From the sequence record NC_048731.1: 64,000 nt of DNA. One strand, given 5' to 3'. The notes under the pieces were generated by a model, which made no database searches, was not told the origin of the DNA, and worked only from the letters and a program-made list of their open reading frames with translations. The position numbers were made by a program, and so were the translations under genes. The stretch is from Escherichia phage fp01. Positions 7,539-14,535 of this stretch are shown here, one piece after another; position 1 is the stretch's first letter; each line of letters begins with the position of its first letter.

Positions 7539-7706
7539 TTAGTAACCATTATATACTTCTTTAATAGAGTGAACTTTCAAGTAAGGGTGATTAGTATTAA
7601 ATTCTACCATTACTTCATCCCAATTTTTACCATAATGAGCAAGTAAGGATTTTGATGTATTCTTACCTAATCGTTTGTCACTTACTACTAATCGAAATAC
7701 TTTCAT
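7539..7706 (-). CDS. hypothetical small protein (55 aa)
   Basis: manual translation MKVFRLVVSDKRLGKNTSKSLLAHYGKNWDEVMVEFNTNHPYLKVHSIKEVYNGY; below ORF-track cutoff. Confidence 0.3.
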   Translation of the reverse strand: MKVFRLVVSDKRLGKNTSKSLLAHYGKNWDEVMVEFNTNHPYLKVHSIKEVYNGY

Positions 7707-7726
7707 TTCGAAATCCTCTATTAAAA

Positions 7727-7804
7727 TGGAAGCGGGTGCAGGGATCGAACCTACCTCTTTCTAGCTTATGAGACTAGCGATCTCTACCAGAGATCTAACC
7801 CGCA
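7727..7804 (-). tRNA. tRNA, anticodon CAT (Met/Ile2 family)
   Basis: D-stem GATC/GATC, anticodon stem CTAGT/GCTAG with loop CTCATAA, T-arm GTAGG-TTCGATC-CCTGC, position 1-72 unpaired, CCA encoded. Confidence 0.65.
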
Positions 7805-7810
7805 ATTGTT

Positions 7811-7886
7811 TGGTCAGTGCGGCAGGACTCGAACCTGCGACCCGAAGCATCCAAGGCTCCCACGCTACCAACTGCGCTACGCACTG
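7811..7886 (-). tRNA. tRNA-Pro (anticodon TGG)
   Basis: acceptor CAGTGCG/CGCACTG, D-arm GCGC-AGTTGGTA-GCGT, anticodon loop CTTGGAT, T-arm GCAGG-TTCGAGT-CCTGC, CCA encoded. Confidence 0.75.
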
Positions 7887-7917
7887 TTAATTTTTGTTAA
7901 CTCACTTTATAAAATAC

Positions 7918-7946
7918 ATTATACAGATAATTAAGCAGAATAGCAA
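7918..7946 (-). promoter_or_regulatory. T5-type early promoter (minus strand) upstream of tRNA-Pro/tRNA-Met
   Basis: plus attata 7918-7923, tagcaa 7941-7946, 17-bp spacer. Confidence 0.5.
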
Positions 7947-8083
7947 ATGAATTTTTAATAAATTTACTTATTGTGTAGGCCACCTGGAGGCTACCAACCC
8001 CACGGCTGACAAAGAAGTTTGCGAGACCTCTCTTAAATGCCAGAATAGACCCGCCAATCTATCGGAACCTACATAATAAGTAA

Positions 8084-8207
8084 ACTTTATAGTGTCATTC
8101 TAGACAGGACTCGAACCTGCTATCACTTGTGCGGACTTACGAGAACCATTCTTTCACTCGAGTCGAACGAGCTTCTGCCCTAGCCAAGCTGGTTTCCCCA
8201 TCAACCA
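8084..8207 (-). ncRNA. elongated tRNA-like gene (about 124 nt): perfect acceptor stem, D-arm and T-arm plus a ~49-nt insertion
   Basis: minus-strand 5' ATTCTAG (plus 8201-8207) pairs perfectly with 3' CTAGAAT (plus 8088-8094); D-arm TGGT-TGATGGGGAA-ACCA; T-arm GCAGG-TTCGAGT-CCTGT; an extra internal hairpin CTCG-TTCGACT-CGAG; no canonical anticodon arm. Confidence 0.35.
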
Positions 8208-8338
8208 CGCTAGAATGTTTGATTGTTTTCAGTGCAAGAGTCCGAGTCTTGGACACGACCGCTTCGCAAGTACATAGGCAGCTTATCATGAGTCAGCACT
8301 TCCGAATTGCTAGCTCCGTGTTCTGCACTGAAATTTTG

Positions 8339-8686
8339 TTAATTTAATAGTAAAGTATTATCTACTTCACCATTAATTGTTCGGCATTCTTCTGGGATTG
8401 CTGGGGTGGCCTTGTATTCCCACCACTCAGAACCATCATATTCACCACGTTCTAACCAAGTTCCATCAGTAAACCATACGTTACCGTAAAGCAATTGTCC
8501 ACCGAAACCAGAATCATATTTAAAGTCTAGATTATTTAGAAAATCTTCAATATCTTTTTCTGTATAACCTACTGGTAATACCCAAACTTCTTTGTCCCCA
8601 TAATAACCGAATTCTATCTTAATACACTTAACTTCAGAATTAGTATTCTTTAGGGCAAGTAACAACTCTTCTTTAGCATTAATCAT
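8339..8686 (-). CDS. hypothetical protein
   Basis: ORF track 115 aa. Confidence 0.5.
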   Translation of the reverse strand: MINAKEELLLALKNTNSEVKCIKIEFGYYGDKEVWVLPVGYTEKDIEDFLNNLDFKYDSGFGGQLLYGNVWFTDGTWLERGEYDGSEWWEYKATPAIPEECRTINGEVDNTLLLN

Positions 8687-8712
8687 AGCGTATTTCTCGT
8701 ACTAGTTTAGTT

Positions 8713-8788
8713 TGGTACACCCACTAGGACTTGAACCTAGAACCCTCCGCTTAAGAGGCGGTAGCTCTAACCATTGAGCTATGGATGT
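8713..8788 (-). tRNA. tRNA-Lys (anticodon CTT)
   Basis: acceptor ACATCCA/TGGGTGT, D-arm GCTC-AATGGTTA-GAGC, anticodon loop CTCTTAA, T-arm CTAGG-TTCAAGT-CCTAG, CCA encoded. Confidence 0.7.
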
Positions 8789-8969
8789 ATATTTGAAGAA
8801 TCTCTCGTAAGAATTTCTTCAAATACCCTCTCCTGTGAAAAAGGGATTTGCTTAATTATTGTGGCTAGGGCGCGGTAAAGCAGCTTTCTAGTCGGAAGCC
8901 CCAGAGCATATCCGTCTAAAGACCATATGTGACCTCCCCTATCTTTACCTACTCTGTACCCTAATTGTT

Positions 8970-9046
8970 TGGCGCGACCGATGGGATTCGAACCCACATT
9001 CTCTCCCGTGACAGGGGAGTACCATTACCAAGCCAGCCCCGGTCGC
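8970..9046 (-). tRNA. tRNA-Asp (anticodon GTC)
   Basis: acceptor GCGACCG/CGGTCGC, anticodon stem CTCCC/GGGAG with loop CTGTCAC, T-arm GTGGG-TTCGAAT-CCCAT, CCA encoded. Confidence 0.75.
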
Positions 9047-9055
9047 ATAATTCAT

Positions 9056-9241
9056 TTACTCAGCTTTGAGTTTTTCAATAGCTGCATTAAGTTCCTTAAG
9101 AAACTCTTTTCGTACATTAAGACGATTAAGACTTACTAGTATATCATGTTTAAGTTCTTCGATGTATTTCTTCTCCACTTCAATATTGTTGATAGTGCTA
9201 TCACGATGAACTTCTAGCTGCGCAATTACATTCTTGGACAT
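9056..9241 (-). CDS. hypothetical small coiled-coil protein
   Basis: ORF track 61 aa. Confidence 0.4.
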   Translation of the reverse strand: MSKNVIAQLEVHRDSTINNIEVEKKYIEELKHDILVSLNRLNVRKEFLKELNAAIEKLKAE

Positions 9242-9343
9242 GCTTGTTTCCTCAGTTATTAATGAAAATGGTATCTGTGGCTGAATTCGATATCAGCAAT
9301 GATAGCTGGTTGGCTACCGGTTTACTTAACTCTACACAGAATT

Positions 9344-9426
9344 TGGCGGGCCGTGTAGGATTCGAACCTACGTTGTCTTTCGACATGGATTAACAGTCCA
9401 CCGCCAAACCGCTTGGCTAACGACCC
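9344..9426 (-). tRNA. tRNA with anticodon GTT (Asn by loop position) but an extended variable arm
   Basis: acceptor GGGTCGT/ACGGCCC, anticodon stem GTGGA/TCCAT with loop CTGTTAA, variable GTC-GAAA-GAC, T-arm GTAGG-TTCGAAT-CCTAC, CCA encoded. Confidence 0.55.
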
Positions 9427-9578
9427 TAAATTTATATTGCTGACTAGGATTTTCACCTAGACGGAGTTAGCACCGTAGCGTGTAGCGGCATACCTCTCCA
9501 AACCGTGCCTCATCTTTCAATTACGGAGACAGTGTTCCTACGCGTGCCTGAATTGATTTAACAATTCTTTCAGCAAAT

Positions 9579-9654
9579 TGGACGACCGCATGAGATTTAA
9601 ACTCACATAAAAAGGATTTGCAATCCTTCGCCTAAGCCATTCAGCCAACGGTCG
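9579..9654 (-). tRNA. tRNA-Cys (anticodon GCA)
   Basis: acceptor CGACCGT/GCGGTCG, anticodon stem AAGGA/TCCTT with loop TTGCAAA, T-arm GTGAG-TTTAAAT-CTCAT, CCA encoded. Confidence 0.7.
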
Positions 9655-9703
9655 ATTTATCTTGTTCTGTCATGTTGCTCCCCACAGTTCAATTTATGTA
9701 ATT

Positions 9704-9732
9704 ATTATACAGAACTTTTGGAAACTAAGCAA
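9704..9732 (-). promoter_or_regulatory. T5-type early promoter (minus strand)
   Basis: plus attata 9704-9709, aagcaa 9727-9732, 17-bp spacer; overlaps the 3' end of ORF 9725-10012. Confidence 0.45.
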
Positions 9733-10012
9733 CTACATTTTTTAAGAATTTGATGCCTTTCTTTTTCTTCTTATATTTCCACGTTAATGGATTCTGTCGA
9801 TTGTGAACGCTTGAGATCTTCGTCTCGTCAAAGTTCTTCAATATCATGTAATCACAAGATAATTGTTCTAGTGGAATGTGATCACCATCAAAAGCATATA
9901 CATAAGGCTGTTGACTAGCACGATAATGATAGACTTTGTTAATTCTACGTTTCAGCGACTTATCCGCGCAGTAAATAAAGAAGTTTTCAGGATGCATCAG
10001 CAGCTCCTTCAA
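9725..10012 (-). CDS. hypothetical protein
   Basis: ORF track 95 aa. Confidence 0.45.
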   Translation of the reverse strand: MKELLMHPENFFIYCADKSLKRRINKVYHYRASQQPYVYAFDGDHIPLEQLSCDYMILKNFDETKISSVHNRQNPLTWKYKKKKKGIKFLKNVVA

Positions 10013-10014
10013 TT

Positions 10015-10089
10015 TGGTGCACCCTGTTCGTATCGAACGAACCTCTCAAGCTCTTCAGGCAAGCGCTAATCCATCTCAGCTAAAGGTGC
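10015..10089 (-). tRNA. tRNA-like gene with atypical anticodon arm (identity unresolved; possible pseudo-tRNA)
   Basis: acceptor GCACCTT/AGGGTGC, T-arm GTTCG-TTCGATA-CGAAC and CCA are good; no clean 5-bp anticodon stem with a 7-nt loop could be drawn. Confidence 0.4.
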
Positions 10090-10095
10090 AAATTT

Positions 10096-10178
10096 TGGCA
10101 AACCTACTAGGACTCGAACCTAGACCGTACGGTTTTGGAGACCGACATGCTGTCCAGTAACACTCTAGGAATGCAGGA
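10096..10178 (-). tRNA. tRNA-like gene, candidate anticodon CCA (Trp), weak acceptor stem
   Basis: T-arm CTAGG-TTCGAGT-CCTAG, anticodon stem CGGT/ACCG with loop CTCCAAA, CCA encoded; acceptor stem has two T-T mismatches. Confidence 0.4.
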
Positions 10179-10180
10179 AT

Positions 10181-10257
10181 TGGCGTCCTGTGCGGGGATC
10201 GAACCCGCAAATCCTACCTTGAAAGGGTAGTGACTTTACCAGTTTGTCTAACAGGAC
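10181..10257 (-). tRNA. tRNA-Glu (anticodon TTC)
   Basis: acceptor GTCCTGT/ACAGGAC, anticodon stem CTACC/GGTAG with loop CTTTCAA, T-arm GCGGG-TTCGATC-CCCGC, CCA encoded. Confidence 0.75.
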
Positions 10258-10263
10258 TTAAAT

Positions 10264-10350
10264 TGGTGGGGAAAGATGGAGTCGAACCACCCGAGTCGCA
10301 ATGACAACTGATTTACAGTCAGCTCTGCTACCACTTACAGAATATTCCCC
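10264..10350 (-). tRNA. tRNA-Tyr (anticodon GTA), type II
   Basis: anticodon stem GCTGA/TCAGT with loop CTGTAAA, long variable arm, T-arm GGTGG-TTCGACT-CCATC, CCA encoded. Confidence 0.7.
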
Positions 10351-10482
10351 CATATTTAGAAGTATTCAAAAAATTCTAATTTAAACACTTTTAAATATGT
10401 TTCCAAATTAGATAACTATTATACCAAGTTTTAAGGCACTGAGCAAGTCAAATTTTAAAGAACTTGCTCAGTGCTGTATTAG

Positions 10483-10758
10483 TTAGTCGAACTTAGGAGT
10501 GACAGTTAAGGAGAATGGAAGTTCGAAAACTTCTTCACCCTCATCACTAACAGTAATTACACGACCTTTAAGTTCAGACATTGAAATATCAATATCAGCT
10601 TTTGCATCCGGAGCCATGCCAGCTTCAACACATTTAGCTTTAATTTCCGGCAGAAGTTCTACATCGTAGAAATAAAGCCATTCAATCTCACCTTCCCAGC
10701 CTTCCCAGGATTTACAGATTGCACTTTCAATACCAGCTGCTATAACACGATTTTGCAT
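10483..10758 (-). CDS. hypothetical protein
   Basis: ORF track 91 aa. Confidence 0.5.
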   Translation of the reverse strand: MQNRVIAAGIESAICKSWEGWEGEIEWLYFYDVELLPEIKAKCVEAGMAPDAKADIDISMSELKGRVITVSDEGEEVFELPFSLTVTPKFD

Positions 10759-10848
10759 TCGTTAACTCCTTCATCAATTTATATAACTATTATATCAGAA
10801 ATTTAAAGCAAAAGGCAAGTACATTTTTAAAAATTCTATTTGGAGGAG

Positions 10849-11055
10849 CTAAACTCCAGATTCTTCAGCCAAGTCTAGACTAATAAGAGATATAGCCATA
10901 ATTGCCGCTCCATGCTCTTTTTCTCCAGTCTCTTTAGCTAGAGTTATAATGTCAAGAAATTGCTTATGAAAATCTGCAACCTCTTGAGTTATACCTGCCT
11001 CAGCAATCATGCCTTTAAGCATGAAACGTTGTGCTGTAATTTCAGGATTAGCCAT
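10849..11055 (-). CDS. hypothetical protein
   Basis: ORF track 68 aa; ATG overlaps the stop of the upstream small ORF (TAATG-style coupling). Confidence 0.45.
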   Translation of the reverse strand: MANPEITAQRFMLKGMIAEAGITQEVADFHKQFLDIITLAKETGEKEHGAAIMAISLISLDLAEESGV

Positions 11056-11215
11056 GTTGTTTCTCCAGTTTCATCTTTAATAGTCTACAAATAAAATCAA
11101 TGTCTTCATCCGTGCCTAGATCTCTGTCTTCAAGAGTTGCCTTGAAGTTTTTAGTCAATTCCATGAGGATAACTTCCCTAGAACGACGTGTTGGCGGAGG
11201 TGGATGTCTATACAT
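11048..11215 (-). CDS. hypothetical small protein (55 aa), Pro-rich N-terminus
   Basis: manual translation MYRHPPPPTRRSREVILMELTKNFKATLEDRDLGTDEDIDFICRLLKMKLEKQHG; below ORF-track cutoff. Confidence 0.3.
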   Translation of the reverse strand: MYRHPPPPTRRSREVILMELTKNFKATLEDRDLGTDEDIDFICRLLKMKLEKQHG

Positions 11216-11230
11216 CTTATTTCCTTAATT

Positions 11231-11307
11231 TGGTAGGGGTGGTGGGATTCGAACCCACAAAACCTGAATTTTAAGTCCAGTACCTATGCCAATTCGATTA
11301 CACCCCC
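11231..11307 (-). tRNA. tRNA with anticodon TAA (Leu by loop position) on a short-variable-loop (type I) body
   Basis: acceptor GGGGGTG/CACCCCT, anticodon stem CTGGA/TTCAG with loop CTTAAAA, 5-nt variable loop, T-arm GTGGG-TTCGAAT-CCCAC, CCA encoded. Confidence 0.55.
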
Positions 11308-11408
11308 GTGTAATCAGTTTATTAGTTGATACATATTATAGCCTAGTGAAAACCCTACTACTAGTCCCACAAACCAACCAATATAATAATCTTTTAGTTT
11401 CACAGGTA

Positions 11409-11594
11409 TTATCCTCTTTCAATATCTAGAGAAATACCACAGTTAGGATTAATACCTGTACCCTTGCAATTTGGGCAAACCCATATATTGCAAAAAGTAT
11501 CTCCTGCTTCTGCATCAGAACTTTCACCAATTCCCCTACACTCAGGGCAGGCACACTTTTCTAGCTCTTGCTTGAGTTCTTGAAACTTGGACAT
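11409..11594 (-). CDS. small zinc-ribbon protein
   Basis: ORF track 61 aa; CACPEC...CPNC Cys pairs. Confidence 0.45.
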   Translation of the reverse strand: MSKFQELKQELEKCACPECRGIGESSDAEAGDTFCNIWVCPNCKGTGINPNCGISLDIERG

Positions 11595-11603
11595 ATAGTC
11601 TCC

Positions 11604-11792
11604 TTAGTCAATTACTTTTGAGGCTTCAAGGTAGTCGATATAGTGTACGTTTTCTACCGTAATCATATAATCTGCCACTTTATCCATAGCTTGGGCTTCA
11701 GAGGTAGCTCTGGCTAGCCTATATCCTTTTTTATATTCATCCGGGTATTCTCTATCTTGAATAAACACAACATAAACTATATACAGATCCAT
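11604..11792 (-). CDS. hypothetical protein
   Basis: ORF track 62 aa. Confidence 0.45.
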   Translation of the reverse strand: MDLYIVYVVFIQDREYPDEYKKGYRLARATSEAQAMDKVADYMITVENVHYIDYLEASKVID

Positions 11793-11810
11793 TTGTGACC
11801 TCTATTTAAT

Positions 11811-11888
11811 TGGTGGCTCCCCGAGGATTCGAACCTACGTACCTTCCGGTTATGAGCCGGGTGCTCATACCATATGAGCTTGAGAACC
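11811..11888 (-). tRNA. tRNA, anticodon CAT (Met family)
   Basis: acceptor GGTTCTC/GGGAGCC, anticodon stem CCGG/CCGG with loop CTCATAA, T-loop TTCGAAT, CCA encoded; third CAT tRNA in the array. Confidence 0.6.
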
Positions 11889-11894
11889 AAAATC

Positions 11895-11983
11895 TGGCGG
11901 AAGAAGTGGGAATCGAACCCACAAGGCTATATTTCAAACCGACAGATTAGCAATCTGCTGCAATACCGTTATGCTATTCTTCC
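11895..11983 (-). tRNA. tRNA-Ser (anticodon GCT), type II
   Basis: acceptor GGAAGAA/TTCTTCC, anticodon stem GCAGA/TCTGT with loop TTGCTAA, long variable arm, T-arm GTGGG-TTCGATT-CCCAC, CCA encoded. Confidence 0.7.
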
Positions 11984-12004
11984 GAGTTTATAAGATATAT
12001 TATA

Positions 12005-12574
12005 TTAGAAATTTAGCTTCATAGCAAGAAAATTTTTCAAGTTTTCGGTAGACATCTCATCCACATCTACGGGAGAAACAAAGCCGTTTAATTTTCTAGC
12101 AAATTTTTCACCCGCAGGATCATTATCCCCGACAGCTACCAATTTAAAGGGTAGTAATTTCAGTTGCTTTAATAACGCTTTTCCTGGAGAAGAACCCAAC
12201 ATTGCTAGGGCTGGATAACCAGCATTATGTAATGCAACTGCCTTAAATACAGATTCAGCAATCAATACTACTTTTTCATCTCCATTGAGAGTTTCTAGTC
12301 CCCATACACACTGTGTAGTGGAGTAGGTAAAATATTTAGCCTCAAAAGGGCACTTACCATGCCCTTTTGGAGCAGAAGGATTATACGTCTGATAGCCCCG
12401 CAACATCCCAGAGAAGTCATACAATGGGACTGTTAGCCATCCTTCCGGACTTAACCAGCAATGATATTTATCTGTATCAAATCCTCTAGATAAGAGGTGC
12501 TGTGTTAGCTCATCAACATTCATATCTGGTTCCTCTCTCAAATTTATAGATATATTATACAGAGAATTTAGCAT
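12005..12574 (-). CDS. hypothetical protein with Toprim-like acidic motif (LVAVGDNDPAGEKFA)
   Basis: ORF track 189 aa; DxD-containing motif resembles Toprim domains; promoter 12554-12582 immediately upstream. Confidence 0.5.
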   Translation of the reverse strand: MLNSLYNISINLREEPDMNVDELTQHLLSRGFDTDKYHCWLSPEGWLTVPLYDFSGMLRGYQTYNPSAPKGHGKCPFEAKYFTYSTTQCVWGLETLNGDEKVVLIAESVFKAVALHNAGYPALAMLGSSPGKALLKQLKLLPFKLVAVGDNDPAGEKFARKLNGFVSPVDVDEMSTENLKNFLAMKLNF

Positions 12575-12582
12575 TCAAGCAA
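12554..12582 (-). promoter_or_regulatory. T5-type early promoter (minus strand)
   Basis: plus attata 12554-12559, aagcaa 12577-12582, 17-bp spacer. Confidence 0.5.
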
Positions 12583-12698
12583 TCAAATTTTTTAACTTTT
12601 TATAGGAAAATCATAGGGCACTTAAGGGTAGCAGATAAGTGGTGAGGACCAAAATTTGTGCCCCCACTAAAAATCCGGGGGCAATTTTTAAAGACCCC

Positions 12699-12727
12699 TT
12701 GACATTTTCGCTGGGGTAGTGTAAAGT
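12699..12727 (+). promoter_or_regulatory. sigma70-like promoter (TTGACA-17-TAAAGT) for the plus-strand low-complexity cassette
   Basis: TTGACA 12699-12704, TAAAGT 12722-12727; diverges from promoter 12554-12582. Confidence 0.5.
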
Positions 12728-12789
12728 ATATGTTATGGATGAGTGATCAAAGAGACACACATTTTCTATATACTAGGAGGTGTCAAAAA

Positions 12790-13773
12790 ATGACAGAAGA
12801 AGTAGCTAAGAGTCCTGAGACCGTCGCTAGCGTTGCAGCAGAACTGCACCGTCACGAGGAATCAGATAAGAAAAAGTGGGAGAAGGTCAGAGCCTACGAA
12901 GAAAAACATCGTGAACACGATGATGAAGAAGATGATGATGAACATTGTCATAAATATGGAAAACATAAAATGCAAGAACCAGTAAACGTATTCACTAGTG
13001 GCTTCCCTGGCCTACTGGGTGGTTACCCAGCAAACGCAAGTGCTTTCGGTGGTGAAGGTATGGGACTATTCGGAGCTATCCTAATCGGTGCTCTATTAAC
13101 AGGCGGATTCGGTGGTTTCGGTGGATTCGGTGGACGTGGTGTAGTTGGTGAAGGTACCGCAGTTGATGCAGTACTTCAGAACCAAGATACCGCTAGTATT
13201 CTAGCAGCTATTAACACTACTCGTACAGAAGCTAACCAGGGTACTGGGGCTGTTTTAAGCGCAGTTAACAATGGTTTTAGCCAGACATCCCAAAACCAGA
13301 GCCGTGATACTCAGTCTGTACTAACTACGATCTATGGTACAGGTGCTAATCTGTCTAATCAGATCTGCCAGGAAACTCGCAACGTTATTCAGGGTCAGTT
13401 CGATCTTTCTCGCCAGATTGATCAATCTTTCGCAGCTAACCAGATAGCTCGTGCACAAGATAAGTTTGATTCTGCACAGATCGCTTTCCAGCAGACTTTA
13501 CAAACTAATAACCAGTTTGCCGCTGTTCAGGCTCAGATGTGTGCTAACCAGAACTCTCTGGAACGTCAGATCGCTGAATGTTGCTGTGAACTTCAGACTG
13601 CGATCGCTGGTGTAACTACTGCACGTATCCAGGATGAGTTAGACGCATGTCGCCTACGTGAAGCAATCGCTGCGGGTAGTGGTGCTAACGGTCAGGTAAT
13701 TAATCAAATCGCTTTAAGTCTTGGTGCTATCACTCAGACTCTGGCTGGTCTGCAGGCTAAACTGCCGGCTTAA
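12790..13773 (+). CDS. low-complexity protein: acidic His-rich N-terminus, Gly-zipper hydrophobic segment, Q/N/A-rich C-terminal half
   Basis: ORF track 12730..13773; start placed at ATG 12790 with AGGAGG SD upstream; GLFGAILIGALLTGGFGGFGGFGGRG segment; CCC in ...IAECCCELQ. Confidence 0.6.
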   Translation: MTEEVAKSPETVASVAAELHRHEESDKKKWEKVRAYEEKHREHDDEEDDDEHCHKYGKHKMQEPVNVFTSGFPGLLGGYPANASAFGGEGMGLFGAILIGALLTGGFGGFGGFGGRGVVGEGTAVDAVLQNQDTASILAAINTTRTEANQGTGAVLSAVNNGFSQTSQNQSRDTQSVLTTIYGTGANLSNQICQETRNVIQGQFDLSRQIDQSFAANQIARAQDKFDSAQIAFQQTLQTNNQFAAVQAQMCANQNSLERQIAECCCELQTAIAGVTTARIQDELDACRLREAIAAGSGANGQVINQIALSLGAITQTLAGLQAKLPA

Positions 13774-13794
13774 TATTAAGGGGAGGAGCCCATT

Positions 13795-14211
13795 ATGAGT
13801 AAATATGGTTTTGTAAATAACGGACTTAATCAAAGTATGGGCTCCCAGCAGCCCATTCCGGGTCTGGATAATCCCTACTTACAACAGTTGCAACAGCGTT
13901 TAGCAGAAGCGCAACAGATGCAGCAACAACTCCAGCAAAATCCTGGAAGTGTGAGTCCTATGCAAATGATGCAGCAAATGAGCGGGCAGTCGCAAATGCC
14001 TCAACAAATGCAGCAACAGATGCCACAGCAGCAAGTTCAGCAACAAACCCAACAACCGCAGGTTTCTGCGGAAGGACAGGCAGTACTAGCCCTTTTCGAA
14101 GACTTCGCAAAGACAGAGGATGGGAAGCAGCTTGTATCACTTATGGGTAAGTTTAATAGCTTCTGCCAAAGCCAAATTGCAAAAGCTCAAAATAGTGGTA
14201 ATAACTCCTAA
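13795..14211 (+). CDS. Gln-rich low-complexity protein
   Basis: ORF track 138 aa; SD GGGGAGGAG upstream; QQLQQRLAEAQQMQQQLQQ... repeats. Confidence 0.6.
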   Translation: MSKYGFVNNGLNQSMGSQQPIPGLDNPYLQQLQQRLAEAQQMQQQLQQNPGSVSPMQMMQQMSGQSQMPQQMQQQMPQQQVQQQTQQPQVSAEGQAVLALFEDFAKTEDGKQLVSLMGKFNSFCQSQIAKAQNSGNNS

Positions 14212-14220
14212 GGAGGAATT

Positions 14221-14415
14221 ATGTGTTGCAGAAAATCTGTTTCGTGCTGCCCAATGCCTGTAGCACGTTGTTGCTCTCCAGCAATGTTTACGCAAATACC
14301 GGCGTTCAATCCGTTTGCCTTTAAGCCTACTCTTATCCTGCCCCCTAGAGTAGATTTTCAGTCAAGATTGGCCTCCCGTATGGGTGGTTGCTGTAACAAG
14401 AGTATATGGTTCTAA
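14221..14415 (+). CDS. small Cys-rich protein (CC pairs)
   Basis: ORF track 64 aa; SD AAGGAGGA upstream; MCCRKSVSCCP...RCCSP...GGCCNKS. Confidence 0.5.
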   Translation: MCCRKSVSCCPMPVARCCSPAMFTQIPAFNPFAFKPTLILPPRVDFQSRLASRMGGCCNKSIWF

Positions 14416-14430
14416 AGAACCAAACAATAA

Positions 14431-14466
14431 AGCCCCTAGTCGAAAGACTTAGGGGCTTTTTCTTTT
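14431..14466 (+). terminator. rho-independent terminator (plus strand)
   Basis: hairpin AGCCCCTAGTC-GAAA-GACTTAGGGGCT followed by TTTTTCTTTTT. Confidence 0.6.
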
Positions 14467-14479
14467 TCCTTAAATACAG

Positions 14480-14510
14480 AAAAGCCCGCGCTCTCGGAGG
14501 AAACGCGGGC
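14480..14510 (-). terminator. rho-independent terminator (minus strand) after the SPFH gene
   Basis: hairpin GCCCGCGCTCTCGGAGGAAACGCGGGC with A-run 14480-14483 on plus = U-run on the minus transcript. Confidence 0.55.
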
Positions 14511-14535
14511 TTGGTTCGAAGATTACGTGTAACTA

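Noticed and set aside
8779-8997. ORF 8779-8997 (-) between tRNA-Lys(CTT) and tRNA-Asp
   Set aside because: Both ends overlap tRNA genes and there is no SD; more likely a non-coding inter-tRNA spacer.
9440-9460. Hairpin CTAGG-TGAAAAT-CCTAG resembling a T-arm
   Set aside because: Loop lacks the TTC signature and no acceptor stem pairs; probably a simple structural hairpin.
12730-12789. Upstream extension of the Gly/Gln-rich gene (ORF-track start 12730)
   Set aside because: The extension overlaps the promoter -10 region and lacks an SD; ATG 12790 with AGGAGG upstream was preferred.
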